Shown one piece after another: positions 54,187 to 63,456 of a stretch of 64,000 nt of DNA. A model generated the notes under the pieces. It did no database searches. It worked only from the letters and a program-made list of their open reading frames with translations, and had not been told where the DNA came from. How positions within the stretch are numbered: position 1 is the stretch's first letter; each line of letters opens with the position of its first letter. Position numbers and translations under genes: made by a program. The DNA lies in sequence record OU509535.1; one strand, 5' to 3'.

Positions 54187-54345
54187 ATGAAAATTAAGTG
54201 TTGTGTATGTGATTGTGAAATTGATGAAAAGCATGTATATGGCGAATGGGATGATTACTGCTCTGATTGCTGGGAATCTGAAGGACGTGATGCAGAACGA
54301 TGGGAAGATGAGAGCGAGTGGGAGTGGGATGAGGATGAAGAATAA
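54187..54345 (+). CDS. 52-aa acidic Cys-rich microprotein (not in ORF track)
   Basis: GGAG RBS; MKIKCCVCDCEIDEKHVYGEWDDYCSDCWESEGRDAERWEDESEWEWDEDEE. Confidence 0.7.
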   Translation: MKIKCCVCDCEIDEKHVYGEWDDYCSDCWESEGRDAERWEDESEWEWDEDEE

Positions 54346-54441
54346 ACGTATGTTTAAAGTACTGTTTCTTCATGCGTTTTAATTTATAGAGGCTGATTCA
54401 TTGAATCGGCCATTTTCTTTGTTAAAAAAAGAGATAAAAAT

Positions 54442-54849
54442 ATGAAAAAATTTCTTTCAAAAGAACACGAAGAAAATATTCTTAATGCATTGAGTGTATT
54501 TCCAGAGAGTGTTATAAGTAATAATAAGAATTCTACATATTATTATGGTAAAGGTAATTGGTTTTATTTTAGCGACAGTTCATATATGTGTGTATTAAAT
54601 CTATGTACTGAAGAATATTCTTATTGTTTAAGGATCGATCCTCGTTATAAATTAATCCTACTATGCGAAAAGAATGATGAATTTTATGAAAGTGAGATAG
54701 ATGATACCGATTCATATATTAGTAATTTTTATCTCGAAGAAGATGTTTATTTTATGGATAGTACTGTGAATGAAATTACCATTCCTTTTAGTATAATGAA
54801 ACGTTCATATGAATTTCTAAAATACAGCAGAGAAAAATTTCATGACTGA
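54442..54849 (+). CDS. FQxS-motif paralog family protein
   Basis: LEEDVYFMDSTVNE. Confidence 0.75.
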   Translation: MKKFLSKEHEENILNALSVFPESVISNNKNSTYYYGKGNWFYFSDSSYMCVLNLCTEEYSYCLRIDPRYKLILLCEKNDEFYESEIDDTDSYISNFYLEEDVYFMDSTVNEITIPFSIMKRSYEFLKYSREKFHD

Positions 54850-55213
54850 TATAAATGAAGTTATAGAGCATTTTTATAATTGGGTACTAACGGATCCAAT
54901 AAAAACTGGATTAATTGAAAAATATAACTGCTCTATGTATTCTTATTGTTCAAATAAAGCTACGATGTATAGTAAGGATGTTGATAATTATTTACTAATC
55001 ACTGACGATGTAGTTTATGATGTATTTGACAATGAAATTGTCATTGATGGCAGTGATGTTGATATTGTAAAATTACATGATATGGATTTCTCATGTACTG
55101 AATCATCGGCGTTTCAATTAAGCACATTATATGATTTCCGATGCAGTACTGAAAGTATTGTATTATTATTGAAAATAGTACAAATTTTAAGAAAAAAGAG
55201 AATGGTATTATAA
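54842..55213 (+). CDS. FQxS-motif paralog family protein
   Basis: TESSAFQLSTLYDF. Confidence 0.8.
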   Translation: MTDINEVIEHFYNWVLTDPIKTGLIEKYNCSMYSYCSNKATMYSKDVDNYLLITDDVVYDVFDNEIVIDGSDVDIVKLHDMDFSCTESSAFQLSTLYDFRCSTESIVLLLKIVQILRKKRMVL

Positions 55214-55629
55214 TGGTGGAATTTAATGTTCAAGATTTTTATGATTTTGTAATGAAAGCCGAAAAGAATAATCGTACATATATTAAAACAATTGGGGATA
55301 ATATACATGAACACTTCTGTTATTCTTTAACGGAGGGAATGTCTGCATTTACAAATTCAACTATGGATAATGTATTATATAATTTATTAATGCATAATTG
55401 TCAGTATGTATTTGATATTTACAGTGATCAAATAATTTATAAAATTATATTTTTTGATAAAAAACAAATTGAAAATACAATTAATTTGGATTGTTATGAT
55501 TCTGAATCAAAAGAAGGATTTGCTTTTCAGTTATCAGTTTCATATGATTTCCCATTTAGTACTGAAGATTATATTTTAATGTTAAAGATTGTTGATAAAT
55601 TAAGACTAAACGAAAGGAATTTCAAATGA
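55213..55629 (+). CDS. FQxS-motif paralog family protein
   Basis: KEGFAFQLSVSYDF. Confidence 0.8.
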   Translation: MVEFNVQDFYDFVMKAEKNNRTYIKTIGDNIHEHFCYSLTEGMSAFTNSTMDNVLYNLLMHNCQYVFDIYSDQIIYKIIFFDKKQIENTINLDCYDSESKEGFAFQLSVSYDFPFSTEDYILMLKIVDKLRLNERNFK

Positions 55630-56072
55630 ACATTACTAGTGTTAAACTAATTTTTGAAAACTGTGAAGCAATAGACATTCCTTTTAATGATATATTGTTT
55701 TTGCATATAGGGAAAGAATACAAAAAAACACATAGAACTTTTAATTCTTTGTCTATAGAAACAGTTTTAAAAGAATTTGCTATTGCACTGAATAAGGATA
55801 TTGAATGTAATTTCTGGAATAACCAGAGCATCGAAGAAAGACTTGCTATGCGTGATATAACATGGGTAGAACTGTGCAATAATAATGAGAAAGTATCATA
55901 TTATATTGAATGGCCTGAATACGATGAACATTATAGTACTGCACAACGTTTGCAGTACACACCAGATGGTAATTTAATTTTTACCAGTTCCACACAATCA
56001 TTCATCAAAATCGAAACTGATGATATTGATCATATGGCTAAATCAATTGGGATATACGGACATGAAAAATGA
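55626..56072 (+). CDS. hypothetical protein
   Basis: coupled ATGA. Confidence 0.75.
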   Translation: MNITSVKLIFENCEAIDIPFNDILFLHIGKEYKKTHRTFNSLSIETVLKEFAIALNKDIECNFWNNQSIEERLAMRDITWVELCNNNEKVSYYIEWPEYDEHYSTAQRLQYTPDGNLIFTSSTQSFIKIETDDIDHMAKSIGIYGHEK

Positions 56073-56505
56073 TAACGATGGGGATTTTATAAAAATTCAT
56101 TTAAAAAGAACCTGGACAGATGTTGAATCAGGTGATATAATGAACGTAGAATATAGCACAGAAAAGATTTTAGTTAAAAACCAACTTAATGCAAATGATG
56201 AAGCAAATGATTTCATTGAAAAAAATGTCGGCGTTTATGTTCTTGATGGAATAGAATATAAAACTGAACTCATCGAGAAGGATGTTATGAAAGATAAACA
56301 GGTATTTTTAACTAAAGAACAAATGTTCGATTTTATTCTCAATAATATTGTGACAATCATTCCAGATAACACCATCTGGACTGATGAAAATGGTAATAAA
56401 GTCAAAAAGAAATATACGGTATCGATTAATTCAACATCAATGTGTGGGTTTGACTTAGAAGATGCTATTAATTACTACGTAAACAATAGGAGTTCAATGA
56501 AATGA
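56062..56505 (+). CDS. hypothetical protein
   Basis: packed ORF. Confidence 0.7.
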   Translation: MKNDNDGDFIKIHLKRTWTDVESGDIMNVEYSTEKILVKNQLNANDEANDFIEKNVGVYVLDGIEYKTELIEKDVMKDKQVFLTKEQMFDFILNNIVTIIPDNTIWTDENGNKVKKKYTVSINSTSMCGFDLEDAINYYVNNRSSMK

Positions 56506-56831
56506 TATTCATCATTGTAGCAGTTATTTGTTGTGTTACGGTTATTATCTGTAAATCAATTCAGGTAAAAAGTTATCATAAAGCACTGGAGATGGAAAAG
56601 AATTTATATAGTACTGAAATTCTTTGTGAAGACCCTAATGCGAAAAAATCACCATATTCACTAACAAGAGAACTCCATGTAGAATCAGAAACATGGGGAT
56701 GGACTGTAAACAGAAATGGTGAAAAAGTCAAAAGTTCAAATGGTTATTATCAAATTCTCAACTTAGATAAAGCACAAGAACTGATGAATACTATGGAAAA
56801 AATTGATGGATACAAAATAACCAAATTTTAA
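56502..56831 (+). CDS. membrane-anchored hypothetical protein
   Basis: N-terminal TM. Confidence 0.75.
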   Translation: MIFIIVAVICCVTVIICKSIQVKSYHKALEMEKNLYSTEILCEDPNAKKSPYSLTRELHVESETWGWTVNRNGEKVKSSNGYYQILNLDKAQELMNTMEKIDGYKITKF

Positions 56832-56847
56832 TCCAGGAGAAACATAT

Positions 56848-57186
56848 ATGGATATTAGTAGTACTATAAAATTCTTGGCAGAGAATTTTGAAAAGATTAT
56901 CACAAGGGGTGGTTTAATAGTTCACCCCAATACGAATATTATGTATCAAATTAGGTTTGACACTCAGTCTTACGATCAAGTACTTGTATTTTCCAAGTTC
57001 AATGATTATAAAGAAGTAGTGATGTTTTGTTGTACAGAATTTGGTGTATATATCAAAGATACTGAAACTCAAACAATTTCCCATTACTTTTACCATACAT
57101 TAATGGGCACTGATTTATTTGGTCTTAAATTTAATGATTTGGCTAATTTGCATTACATGTTCAAACACTATCCACACACTAACTAA
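56848..57186 (+). CDS. hypothetical protein
   Basis: AGGAG RBS. Confidence 0.75.
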   Translation: MDISSTIKFLAENFEKIITRGGLIVHPNTNIMYQIRFDTQSYDQVLVFSKFNDYKEVVMFCCTEFGVYIKDTETQTISHYFYHTLMGTDLFGLKFNDLANLHYMFKHYPHTN

Positions 57187-57195
57187 GGAAGTACA

Positions 57196-58023
57196 ATGAA
57201 AAATATTATTTTTAAAAACGTTGCGTTTGTAAAAGATCTATACACTGGTGCATATGTATCTGGTAATAAACTAATTATCTCTGCTGGTAATGAATATGAA
57301 GTGCAATTTGAGTCCAGTGATAAGGCATTTGAAGGTTTAACTGAACTAGATAGTCTGTTGAATGCAGAAGAACATACCAAATCACCAAAAGCAAGTACTG
57401 TTTCTGATGAAATTACTTCTCTTTTGAACGGTATTAAAAACGGTTCAGTACTGAATACTATTAACGGCATTAATGATAAACTTCGTAATAAAGTAAGTTC
57501 ATTTAAAAACGATGCACAAGAAAAAGCAATGGAAATCGCATTTGAAAAACTATTTAAAGAAGGTTCACTTGCTATCGATAAAGCTATTTCTGATCTGGAC
57601 AACGCTTTCAACGTTCTGTTCCCTGAAGATGAAACAGAAACACCAAAACAACCAAATACAACTAGCACAAAAACCACTGAAAGCACAGAAAATGTTAAAT
57701 CCAAAAAATTTAACATTGATGATATTTTTAGTACTCTAAATGTTGGTCAGGATCAAAGTGTACTAACTTTTGATAAAATCATGGCTTCTGATAAGATCAT
57801 TGATGATATGACAAGTACTGAACTTCGTCGTATTATTGAGATTTTCATTGATGAAATTGTGAATTCCGAAAAAGGTAAAGAGATGATTGATTCAATCAAA
57901 ACCAATTTTGGTACAGCAGAAGTTGATGCCGCGATCCAGAAAATCAAAGATACTGCATATCAGGTTTGTATTGAAAATTCAAAACTAACATTTGCTGATG
58001 TGATGCAAAAATATTTCTTTTAA
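57196..58023 (+). CDS. hypothetical protein
   Basis: AAGGA RBS; followed by a terminator. Confidence 0.8.
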   Translation: MKNIIFKNVAFVKDLYTGAYVSGNKLIISAGNEYEVQFESSDKAFEGLTELDSLLNAEEHTKSPKASTVSDEITSLLNGIKNGSVLNTINGINDKLRNKVSSFKNDAQEKAMEIAFEKLFKEGSLAIDKAISDLDNAFNVLFPEDETETPKQPNTTSTKTTESTENVKSKKFNIDDIFSTLNVGQDQSVLTFDKIMASDKIIDDMTSTELRRIIEIFIDEIVNSEKGKEMIDSIKTNFGTAEVDAAIQKIKDTAYQVCIENSKLTFADVMQKYFF

Positions 58024-58161
58024 TGTATAAAATTTGATATAATAAAAGCCTCCCTTCGTGGAGGCTTTTTTCGTTCTTTTTTAATTTAAATTGAGTCTTG
58101 ACAAATAATACATTTTTATGTATAATAATCCTAATAATTAGAAAAGTATCAGGTGTGATTT

Positions 58162-58746
58162 ATGTTAAGTACTTTTAAGCGAGTTTATTTAAGAAACAAC
58201 AAAATGCAAGTTCGTTTACACAAAGACGAAGCTGATTCGTTTATGGCTAAAGCTATTGTTAAATCTGAATTGTACAAACGCCTTTCACCAAAAGAAAGCT
58301 CGCCATATGGATTTAATCACCCGCACAGCCATTATGTTGGATTGGTGTGTGAACACGCTGCTTATGTGTTGTTCACGGAACTGGAAGAAATGACTGGCAT
58401 CAAATACGATATCGATCCAGCATTCCAGAATAGTAAAAGAGATGGTGAATGTGATTTAATTGTTAACAACCTACGTATAGAAGTGAAGGGTATTAAGTAC
58501 AAATCATGGACTAATTATGGTCCGTGTATCAGTACAAGACAATTGAAGAATATTGAGAAAAAAGCAGATATCATTCTGTGGGTTTTGTATAATGAAAAAC
58601 GTCATGAATTTTCGTTTGAAGGTTTTAATTATGTAAAAGATGTACATACTGTACCAGTTAAAATTACTGGTGCTAAAGGTAAACCACAAATTAAAAATCA
58701 TCCAGTTATTGATATTATTAAACCATTACAGGAATTACCAATATGA
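58162..58746 (+). CDS. putative PD-(D/E)xK nuclease-fold protein
   Basis: GLVCE...DGECDLIVNNLRIEVKG (E..D..ExK). Confidence 0.55.
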   Translation: MLSTFKRVYLRNNKMQVRLHKDEADSFMAKAIVKSELYKRLSPKESSPYGFNHPHSHYVGLVCEHAAYVLFTELEEMTGIKYDIDPAFQNSKRDGECDLIVNNLRIEVKGIKYKSWTNYGPCISTRQLKNIEKKADIILWVLYNEKRHEFSFEGFNYVKDVHTVPVKITGAKGKPQIKNHPVIDIIKPLQELPI

Positions 58747-59000
58747 TCAAATGTAATATCGTAGTGTATAATTATGAGATTAATTCACGCGATGGAAGTG
58801 AAGAATTAGTGAATTCATATTTAGAATATGTAGTTAATTTTCCAGTACTGCCAGCGATTGGTTCTGAATTGAAAATTTATACATACAATGAAAAAGTATA
58901 TGTAGTACTGGATATTGAATACAGAACACGTATTATGGACTGTCATAATGTTGACAATCCAAGTACTATGGAAATTAATATCATTGTTAAGGAAGTATAA
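58743..59000 (+). CDS. hypothetical protein (paralog of next gene)
   Basis: LPAIGSEL..YVVLDIEY. Confidence 0.7.
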   Translation: MIKCNIVVYNYEINSRDGSEELVNSYLEYVVNFPVLPAIGSELKIYTYNEKVYVVLDIEYRTRIMDCHNVDNPSTMEINIIVKEV

Positions 59001-59242
59001 TGAACCAACAATACATGATTAAAGTGGTTTTGTACAAAAATGATAGTCAGAGAACTAAAATCTGTTCTTCTTATGTTCAGTCATTACCAAGAACCGGAGA
59101 ACTTATTACAGTACTTAATGATAAATTCATTGTTGAACAGATTGAACACACACTGTATCCAATTAGTACAACCGATACTGTTTCGTGGAATATGAATCAA
59201 CATTCTGAATCTGGTATTGCTATTATTTGTACAAAAACATAA
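59000..59242 (+). CDS. hypothetical protein (paralog of previous gene)
   Basis: LPRTGELI..FIVEQIEH. Confidence 0.7.
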   Translation: MNQQYMIKVVLYKNDSQRTKICSSYVQSLPRTGELITVLNDKFIVEQIEHTLYPISTTDTVSWNMNQHSESGIAIICTKT

Positions 59243-59702
59243 GGTACCACAATATATGATGTATTTTATATTTCTGTACTTAATATGTCACCTTGTTATT
59301 GTTACTATTATGGACAGACATTCACACTTTGGATATAGTTATAAAGTTGCTAAGATTTATGGTTTTAAATCTTATTTTGTTGCACTATTTTATAGTTATA
59401 TACTCGATCCAAAGTATATGATATTGTCTCTTATACTACAAAAAGAAGCAAACATTGATACTATTTCTAAAATAGAATTCGTATGTAGGCGATTTCTTAA
59501 TTCGGATGATAAATGTTCAGTTGAATTTCATTCGGATAAAGTTATTTTTGTATATAACAACGTATTCACTTGTGGTATTGAATTAAATCAGGTATTAGGC
59601 ATAGTTGATATTTCATGGAATCATAACGTCATTATGCATCCAAGAACTATCAAGCTAATAGAAGCATGTAAAATAAAAGTTGACAGCGACACAAAGAGAT
59701 GA
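59217..59702 (+). CDS. membrane protein
   Basis: hydrophobic N-terminal half; start uncertain. Confidence 0.6.
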   Translation: MLLFVQKHKVPQYMMYFIFLYLICHLVIVTIMDRHSHFGYSYKVAKIYGFKSYFVALFYSYILDPKYMILSLILQKEANIDTISKIEFVCRRFLNSDDKCSVEFHSDKVIFVYNNVFTCGIELNQVLGIVDISWNHNVIMHPRTIKLIEACKIKVDSDTKR

Positions 59703-59730
59703 TATTATATAGAATAAACATATTAAAGAG

Positions 59731-60204
59731 GTGTATATGGATGCTTTAGCTACTCTATTCAAACTGAATACTTCAGAAAAAGAAGGTTATTTGAGTATCA
59801 GTGATCTTGAAAATACAAGTGAATATATTTTCAAAAATACAATCAAAATTAAAGCGAATAAGGATAAAAGCAATACACATTTCACAAAATGGATTGCTTA
59901 TTGGGAGGGTGTTAATTTCGCAGTTGAAATGACAGTTCTACCAAAAGTATTAAGTACCGGATTTGTTAAAGTTGTTATTATTGATAAAAATCTTCGACCA
60001 ATTTCAGAAATTGGTGAATACCCGGTTAAGGGTACTAAAGTTTTTGGTACCATGATCAATAATAAGTTCATGATCGAAAAAACAAAAACTCAATACATCA
60101 ATCAGGTTATTTCTGAATTCGAGAACAAACCTAAACCAAAAACTAAAACTGAAACCAATGAAGAATATGTTAATAAAATTAAAGAAGCATGGGGATTGAA
60201 ATAA
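59731..60204 (+). CDS. hypothetical protein
   Basis: GAGG RBS, promoter upstream. Confidence 0.75.
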   Translation: MYMDALATLFKLNTSEKEGYLSISDLENTSEYIFKNTIKIKANKDKSNTHFTKWIAYWEGVNFAVEMTVLPKVLSTGFVKVVIIDKNLRPISEIGEYPVKGTKVFGTMINNKFMIEKTKTQYINQVISEFENKPKPKTKTETNEEYVNKIKEAWGLK

Positions 60205-60653
60205 TGTTAACTTTAAAAAATCTAAAGCACTTAATTATGATTAGTATTATCCTATTCATCTCCAATGTACCTATGGATATTTTTAAATTTGGTGACACAC
60301 GATTGGGTGCATTCATTGGTGTATATAGTTTAATATTCTGCATCATAACATTTGTGGTTGCGTTTGTTATGTTCATTGAAGATATGTATGATGATAAAGA
60401 CTTTTATTTCGAATTTCTCGGAAAAGATAGTTATTCATTTATCTGGACATTCTCTATTTTACCAGCATTAATTTATGCATTCTTTATCGCAGAGGGTGGT
60501 ATCGCCTATGGAGTTATGGGTATCTTCTTATTTCTTTTCTGGGAAAGAATCAGAACTATTCAAAACCGATATGCTCAAGAATATCGTGATGAAGAACTAA
60601 AAAATGAAGCAATGCGTAAGAATTATCCACCAGAAGAGGTAGAAATTAAATGA
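60189..60653 (+). CDS. multi-TM membrane protein
   Basis: about 4 hydrophobic helices. Confidence 0.75.
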   Translation: MGIEIMLTLKNLKHLIMISIILFISNVPMDIFKFGDTRLGAFIGVYSLIFCIITFVVAFVMFIEDMYDDKDFYFEFLGKDSYSFIWTFSILPALIYAFFIAEGGIAYGVMGIFLFLFWERIRTIQNRYAQEYRDEELKNEAMRKNYPPEEVEIK

Positions 60654-61078
60654 GTACTTATTTGAAAATAACACTATTTGCTTTTATTGTATTTCTTATT
60701 CAGTTATATGGTATTCTTGTACATAACTACAATTTACCTTCATTTCTGAATGAATCTTGGTATATTGGTTCTTTTTGGGTTACTGGAGCATTGGGTGTAC
60801 TTGGGGTAATTCTGTCAATTGCAATAATCATTATTACAGCCGACGATGCAGACAAAGAAACTACTATTAAAATGTTTGGATTTGATGAACTTAGTCCGTG
60901 GATTTATAGTAGACCATTCCTTTTATTGGCTATTGTATTTGTACAACTAGGTTCTCTATGGGTTGCTGCTTTCTGTTTTAGTGTGTGGTCTTACCAAACT
61001 CTTCAGATTAGTGAACACCGTGACTATTTGATTGAAAAGCTAACAAAAGAGGCAGAAAAAGGCACCAAAAATCATTAA
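60650..61078 (+). CDS. multi-TM membrane protein (probable paralog of previous)
   Basis: same TM layout, FLGKDSYSFIW ~ MFGFDELSPWIY. Confidence 0.75.
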   Translation: MSTYLKITLFAFIVFLIQLYGILVHNYNLPSFLNESWYIGSFWVTGALGVLGVILSIAIIIITADDADKETTIKMFGFDELSPWIYSRPFLLLAIVFVQLGSLWVAAFCFSVWSYQTLQISEHRDYLIEKLTKEAEKGTKNH

Positions 61079-61148
61079 TCATTGACAAATGTTCTTCACA
61101 TGAGGTAATATCATTACCTCATTTTAATTCAAAAGAAGGAATGCAACC

Positions 61149-61451
61149 ATGAAAGATATTCTCATTGCAGTTGATGGTAGTGCTAAAACAATATCAAAAG
61201 GTATGCGTCTCTCCGTAGCCAAAACCCTTAGTAATGTATGCCCTGATTCTAAAATTTTATTTTGTCAAATTACAGACAAAAATATTATAGAATTAGATAT
61301 TGATTTATTCTTTAAGTATGATCATCTTTTGTGTGGCACAAAAGCAAATATTGATCTGATATATTTAATTGATGATTTTGATCATAAATTCCTTATCACA
61401 GATAACAGTAATATTGAAAGTTCTGAAAACTTCAATGTAGTACTTTACTAA
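61149..61451 (+). CDS. hypothetical protein
   Basis: AAGGA RBS. Confidence 0.7.
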   Translation: MKDILIAVDGSAKTISKGMRLSVAKTLSNVCPDSKILFCQITDKNIIELDIDLFFKYDHLLCGTKANIDLIYLIDDFDHKFLITDNSNIESSENFNVVLY

Positions 61452-61471
61452 CCAACTGGAGATGTATTATA

Positions 61472-61927
61472 ATGCAAAAACTCAATGCATGGGTAGAGAA
61501 TACCAGAATTTATCCACCTTCTGAAATGTTTTATCAGGCTGACTCAAAACAAGCAAAGGCCGAGAAACGCATTGTAAGCATCTGTGAAGAGCTTTATGTT
61601 TTTACCTGTACTACCCTAAGCGATATGAGAGCGGCCTACACAGAGCTTTCTATGGCGGTTAGAATGGGTATTTCGGATATGCGTCAGGTTTATGTAGAAG
61701 AAATTTGTGGAAAGACTGCATTTCATATTGATAATGCAGTAAAAGCATTAGACACTATGCATAAGCGAGATCCACTTCTACAGGCTTATTATAAAGAATG
61801 GTCATGTAAATCAAAGGATTTAAAAGATGAAATTAAATCTACACTGATCAATGCTTTTCCGGGTGTTGATAAATCCGTACTTTTATCAAACCTACAGTAC
61901 TGGTACGATAAAGAGAGTGAAAAATGA
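61472..61927 (+). CDS. hypothetical protein
   Basis: GGAG RBS. Confidence 0.75.
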   Translation: MQKLNAWVENTRIYPPSEMFYQADSKQAKAEKRIVSICEELYVFTCTTLSDMRAAYTELSMAVRMGISDMRQVYVEEICGKTAFHIDNAVKALDTMHKRDPLLQAYYKEWSCKSKDLKDEIKSTLINAFPGVDKSVLLSNLQYWYDKESEK

Positions 61928-62436
61928 CAACTGTTTACATCGATAAACGTTGTGGATTGGCAATGACTGATTCGAGAGTTACATCTACAATAGAACGTGC
62001 TTTTCTTGGTATCTTTCCATTGCAATCAAAAAATCAATACAGTAAAGTACTACAAAAATCAATGTACATCCACGACCGATTATTTCTAAGTTGTGGTACT
62101 GTATCTGAGATTAACAAGGTACTAAGGTATTTGGTTGAACAAAAACCAATAGTACCAAGTAGAAAAGATGGATGCCACTGTCTTTTACTTGATAAAGAGT
62201 ATTGTATTAATTTTGTAATTCACAATGGTGTACTGAAAAAGTTTGTGCAATTCATTGATAAAAATTATGTATTCAGTATGGGTAGTGGTTCTTCTCATAT
62301 GAAAAATGCTTTTCATGGCGTTGGTTCATTGATATTAGATAATACGTCATTATCAGAATACGTTATTTCTGAATTCAGTAAAGTATCAGAAAAAGATATA
62401 TATACTGATAATAATATTAATTTATACAAAATTTGA
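61924..62436 (+). CDS. HslV/proteasome-beta-like Ntn peptidase
   Basis: M-T-T start, AMTDSRVT, SMGSGS. Confidence 0.7.
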   Translation: MTTVYIDKRCGLAMTDSRVTSTIERAFLGIFPLQSKNQYSKVLQKSMYIHDRLFLSCGTVSEINKVLRYLVEQKPIVPSRKDGCHCLLLDKEYCINFVIHNGVLKKFVQFIDKNYVFSMGSGSSHMKNAFHGVGSLILDNTSLSEYVISEFSKVSEKDIYTDNNINLYKI

Positions 62437-62499
62437 TTAATTTAAAGACCAAATTGAATTTGGTCTTTTTTGTTTTATTACATATAAAAAGGATGAATA

Positions 62500-63396
62500 A
62501 TGAAAGAAGTTGATCTAAATGAACTAAGTACTGAAATCATGGAAACATTATTTGATGAATCTGATGTTGAGCAATCAAAAAATATTAAGAGTATAAAAGA
62601 TAATATTAGTCTCAAACATCCAACTGGTGTTACAAATGAAATGCTGTTAAATGAAATACATAATGGTATTAATGTAAAACAAAATCGTGAATTACTTATC
62701 CGTTATAATTATCCACTAGCAGTCAGTATTGCTAAACGTTGTAAATGTTATATTCCAGAAGAAGATAAAATTTCTTATGCAGTAGAGGGTCTTTTGAATT
62801 CAATTCATAATTTTGATGTTACAAAAGGTGTATTATTCAGTACTTATGCCAGTGCTTCCATTTACATGACAGTGATGAACATGAGTAATGAACATAATAA
62901 TTTAGTTTATATCCCCCGCCATGTAAGTGTACATAATGTTAATATTCGTAAATTTGCAAATGACTACGAAAAGAAACACGGCAAAAAATGCAAACCTGAA
63001 CTTATTTCAAAAGAACTCGGAATTAATGTTGATACTGTTGAGTTGTGTTTGTCTTTCCAGGAAACCACATCTCTTGATACTCCAACTTCTGATGATAGTA
63101 CTGCATTAATTGATACCATTGCCAGTGATTGTAATGTAGAACAAAATGACGTTGATAGTATTGTTCTGGAATTGATGAATGAACTAGAACCAAAAGAAAA
63201 GGAAATCCTTTCCAGAATTTATGGTTTAAATGGATATGCACCTGAAACCTATGATAGCTTGATCAGTACTGGATTTTATGATAAAAAGGGTAAACGTATT
63301 ACTGTTCGCGGAACTTTACACTACAAATTTAGTACTGCACTTGAGAAACTAAAGCGTTTGGTTCGTCTAAAAGGATTAACTGCCAAAGATGTTTAA
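62500..63396 (+). CDS. sigma70-family RNA polymerase sigma factor
   Basis: region 2 (NYPLAVSIAK, EGLL..FDVTKG.LFSTYA, VYIP), region 3 (SLDTP), region 4 (LEPKEKEIL..YGL). Confidence 0.9.
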   Translation: MKEVDLNELSTEIMETLFDESDVEQSKNIKSIKDNISLKHPTGVTNEMLLNEIHNGINVKQNRELLIRYNYPLAVSIAKRCKCYIPEEDKISYAVEGLLNSIHNFDVTKGVLFSTYASASIYMTVMNMSNEHNNLVYIPRHVSVHNVNIRKFANDYEKKHGKKCKPELISKELGINVDTVELCLSFQETTSLDTPTSDDSTALIDTIASDCNVEQNDVDSIVLELMNELEPKEKEILSRIYGLNGYAPETYDSLISTGFYDKKGKRITVRGTLHYKFSTALEKLKRLVRLKGLTAKDV

Positions 63397-63422
63397 ATTG
63401 ATATTTTTTCTTTATTAAATAC

Positions 63423-63451
63423 TTGAACAAAATTTTTTACAGTGATATAAT
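63423..63451 (+). promoter_or_regulatory. sigma70-type promoter
   Basis: TTGAAC-17-TATAAT, TGn. Confidence 0.8.
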
Positions 63452-63456
63452 GTTTG

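Noticed and set aside
57183-57716. 177-aa antisense ORF and other minus-strand or overlapping ORFs in the track
   Set aside because: They are shadows of + strand genes with atypical Ser/Leu/Phe-rich composition and no RBS context.
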